A stretch of 62,017 bases of DNA, taken from Lysobacterales bacterium. Its GTDB lineage: Bacteria; Pseudomonadota; Gammaproteobacteria; Xanthomonadales; SZUA-36. Below are positions 61,365 to 62,017 of this stretch, piece after piece (positions within the stretch are counted from its first letter, which is position 1; each line of letters opens with the position of its first letter). The position numbers and the translations under genes were made by a program. The stretch is from positions 1 through 62,017 of the forward strand of contig JAOUCZ010000001.1 in the NCBI GenBank assembly GCA_029859505.1, given 5' to 3'. The notes under the pieces were generated by a model. It was not told where the DNA came from. It saw only the letters and a program-made list of their open reading frames with translations, and searched no databases.

Positions 61365-62017
61365 ATGAATACAAAAACGTCAAAACTGTCTTTTCGTGAA
61401 AAACTTGGCTACGGACTGGGAGACACCGCTAGTCACTTTGCGTGGGATTTAGCCGGGATGTTTTTGTTTTTCTATTACACGGACGTATACGGCATTTCCG
61501 CTGCGGCTGCGGGCACCATCATGCTGGCTGCCCGTGTCTGGGATGCTGTCTCCGATCCGCTTGTGGGCATCATTGCAGACCGAACAGACACCAGGTATGG
61601 AAAGTTCCGACCTTACATGCTTTGGTTCGCCATTCCCCTGGGCGCGACACTGATCATGCTGTTCACCACGCCGGATTTTGAGCAAACAGGAAAGATCATT
61701 TTCGCCGCATGCGGTTACCTGATGCTAAGCACGTTTTATACGGCGGTAAACCTTCCTTTTTCAGCCCTGTCAGGCGTGATGACCAGTGATTCCAAAGAGC
61801 GGACACTACTAAATCAGTACCGCTTTTTCCTTGGTTTTACGGGGATGTTTGTGGTCAGCCTGACCATGACATTCAAGAACTACCTGATCGTCGGCGAGGT
61901 TCTGGCTCATGCGACGGCCATAAACCTTCCACCAGAAGCACTCGCCTTTATCAAAGACTTTAACTGGGGTGAAGCCCGCCTTCTGGATGCATCCGGAACC
62001 CTGAAGCAGGTGATTAC
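61365..62017 (+). CDS. glycoside-pentoside-hexuronide (GPH):cation symporter family MFS transporter (partial, runs off right edge)
   Basis: Hand translation from ATG 61365 gives MNTKTSKLSFREKLGYGLGDTASHFAWDLAGMFLFFYYTDVYGISAAAAGTIMLAARVWDAVSDPLVGIIADRTDTRYGKFRPYMLW..., the classic MelB/YicJ-type N-terminus. It is open to the window end. Confidence 0.85.
   Translation, partial: MNTKTSKLSFREKLGYGLGDTASHFAWDLAGMFLFFYYTDVYGISAAAAGTIMLAARVWDAVSDPLVGIIADRTDTRYGKFRPYMLWFAIPLGATLIMLFTTPDFEQTGKIIFAACGYLMLSTFYTAVNLPFSALSGVMTSDSKERTLLNQYRFFLGFTGMFVVSLTMTFKNYLIVGEVLAHATAINLPPEALAFIKDFNWGEARLLDASGTLKQVI

Overview
This is a densely coding 62-kb chromosomal segment, and gene content and protein similarities suggest a Gammaproteobacterium, possibly marine (inference only). 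I support about 55 CDS. I found no rRNA, tRNA, CRISPR array, transposase or integrase. Housekeeping anchors are ilvD, a complete atpBEFHAGDC operon without atpI, pyrBI next to arcB-arcC, cbpA-cbpM, an alpha-methylacyl-CoA racemase / acyl-CoA synthetase pair, and an RND tripartite efflux operon. The rest is mostly cell-envelope accessory genes. These include a cyclophilin with an extra C-terminal domain plus a porin, and a 1086-aa Asp-box propeller followed by a POTRA-less Omp85-like barrel and a DUF502 protein. They also include an arylsulfatase and a long minus-strand envelope cluster (32.1-40.7 kb). That cluster has a Yip1/MFP/ATPase/FtsX module with the architecture of B. subtilis YknWXYZ, then two paralogous LssY-like lipoproteins, then two outer-membrane barrel candidates. 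It is my best candidate for an undescribed system. Other points worth a second look: (1) a 416-nt ORF-free convergent spacer with four consecutive stem-loops (22.2 kb); (2) a ~60-aa two-helix insertion in ATP synthase subunit a; (3) an arcB-arcC-pyrB-pyrI carbamoyl-phosphate cluster lacking arcA and arcD; (4) a solitary SRA(YDG)-HNH type IV restriction-like gene whose predicted catalytic His appears replaced by Tyr; (5) a winged-helix regulator gene interrupted by two in-frame stops; (6) an inverted REP-like pair. All family calls come from reading motifs in the translations. No database search was run.
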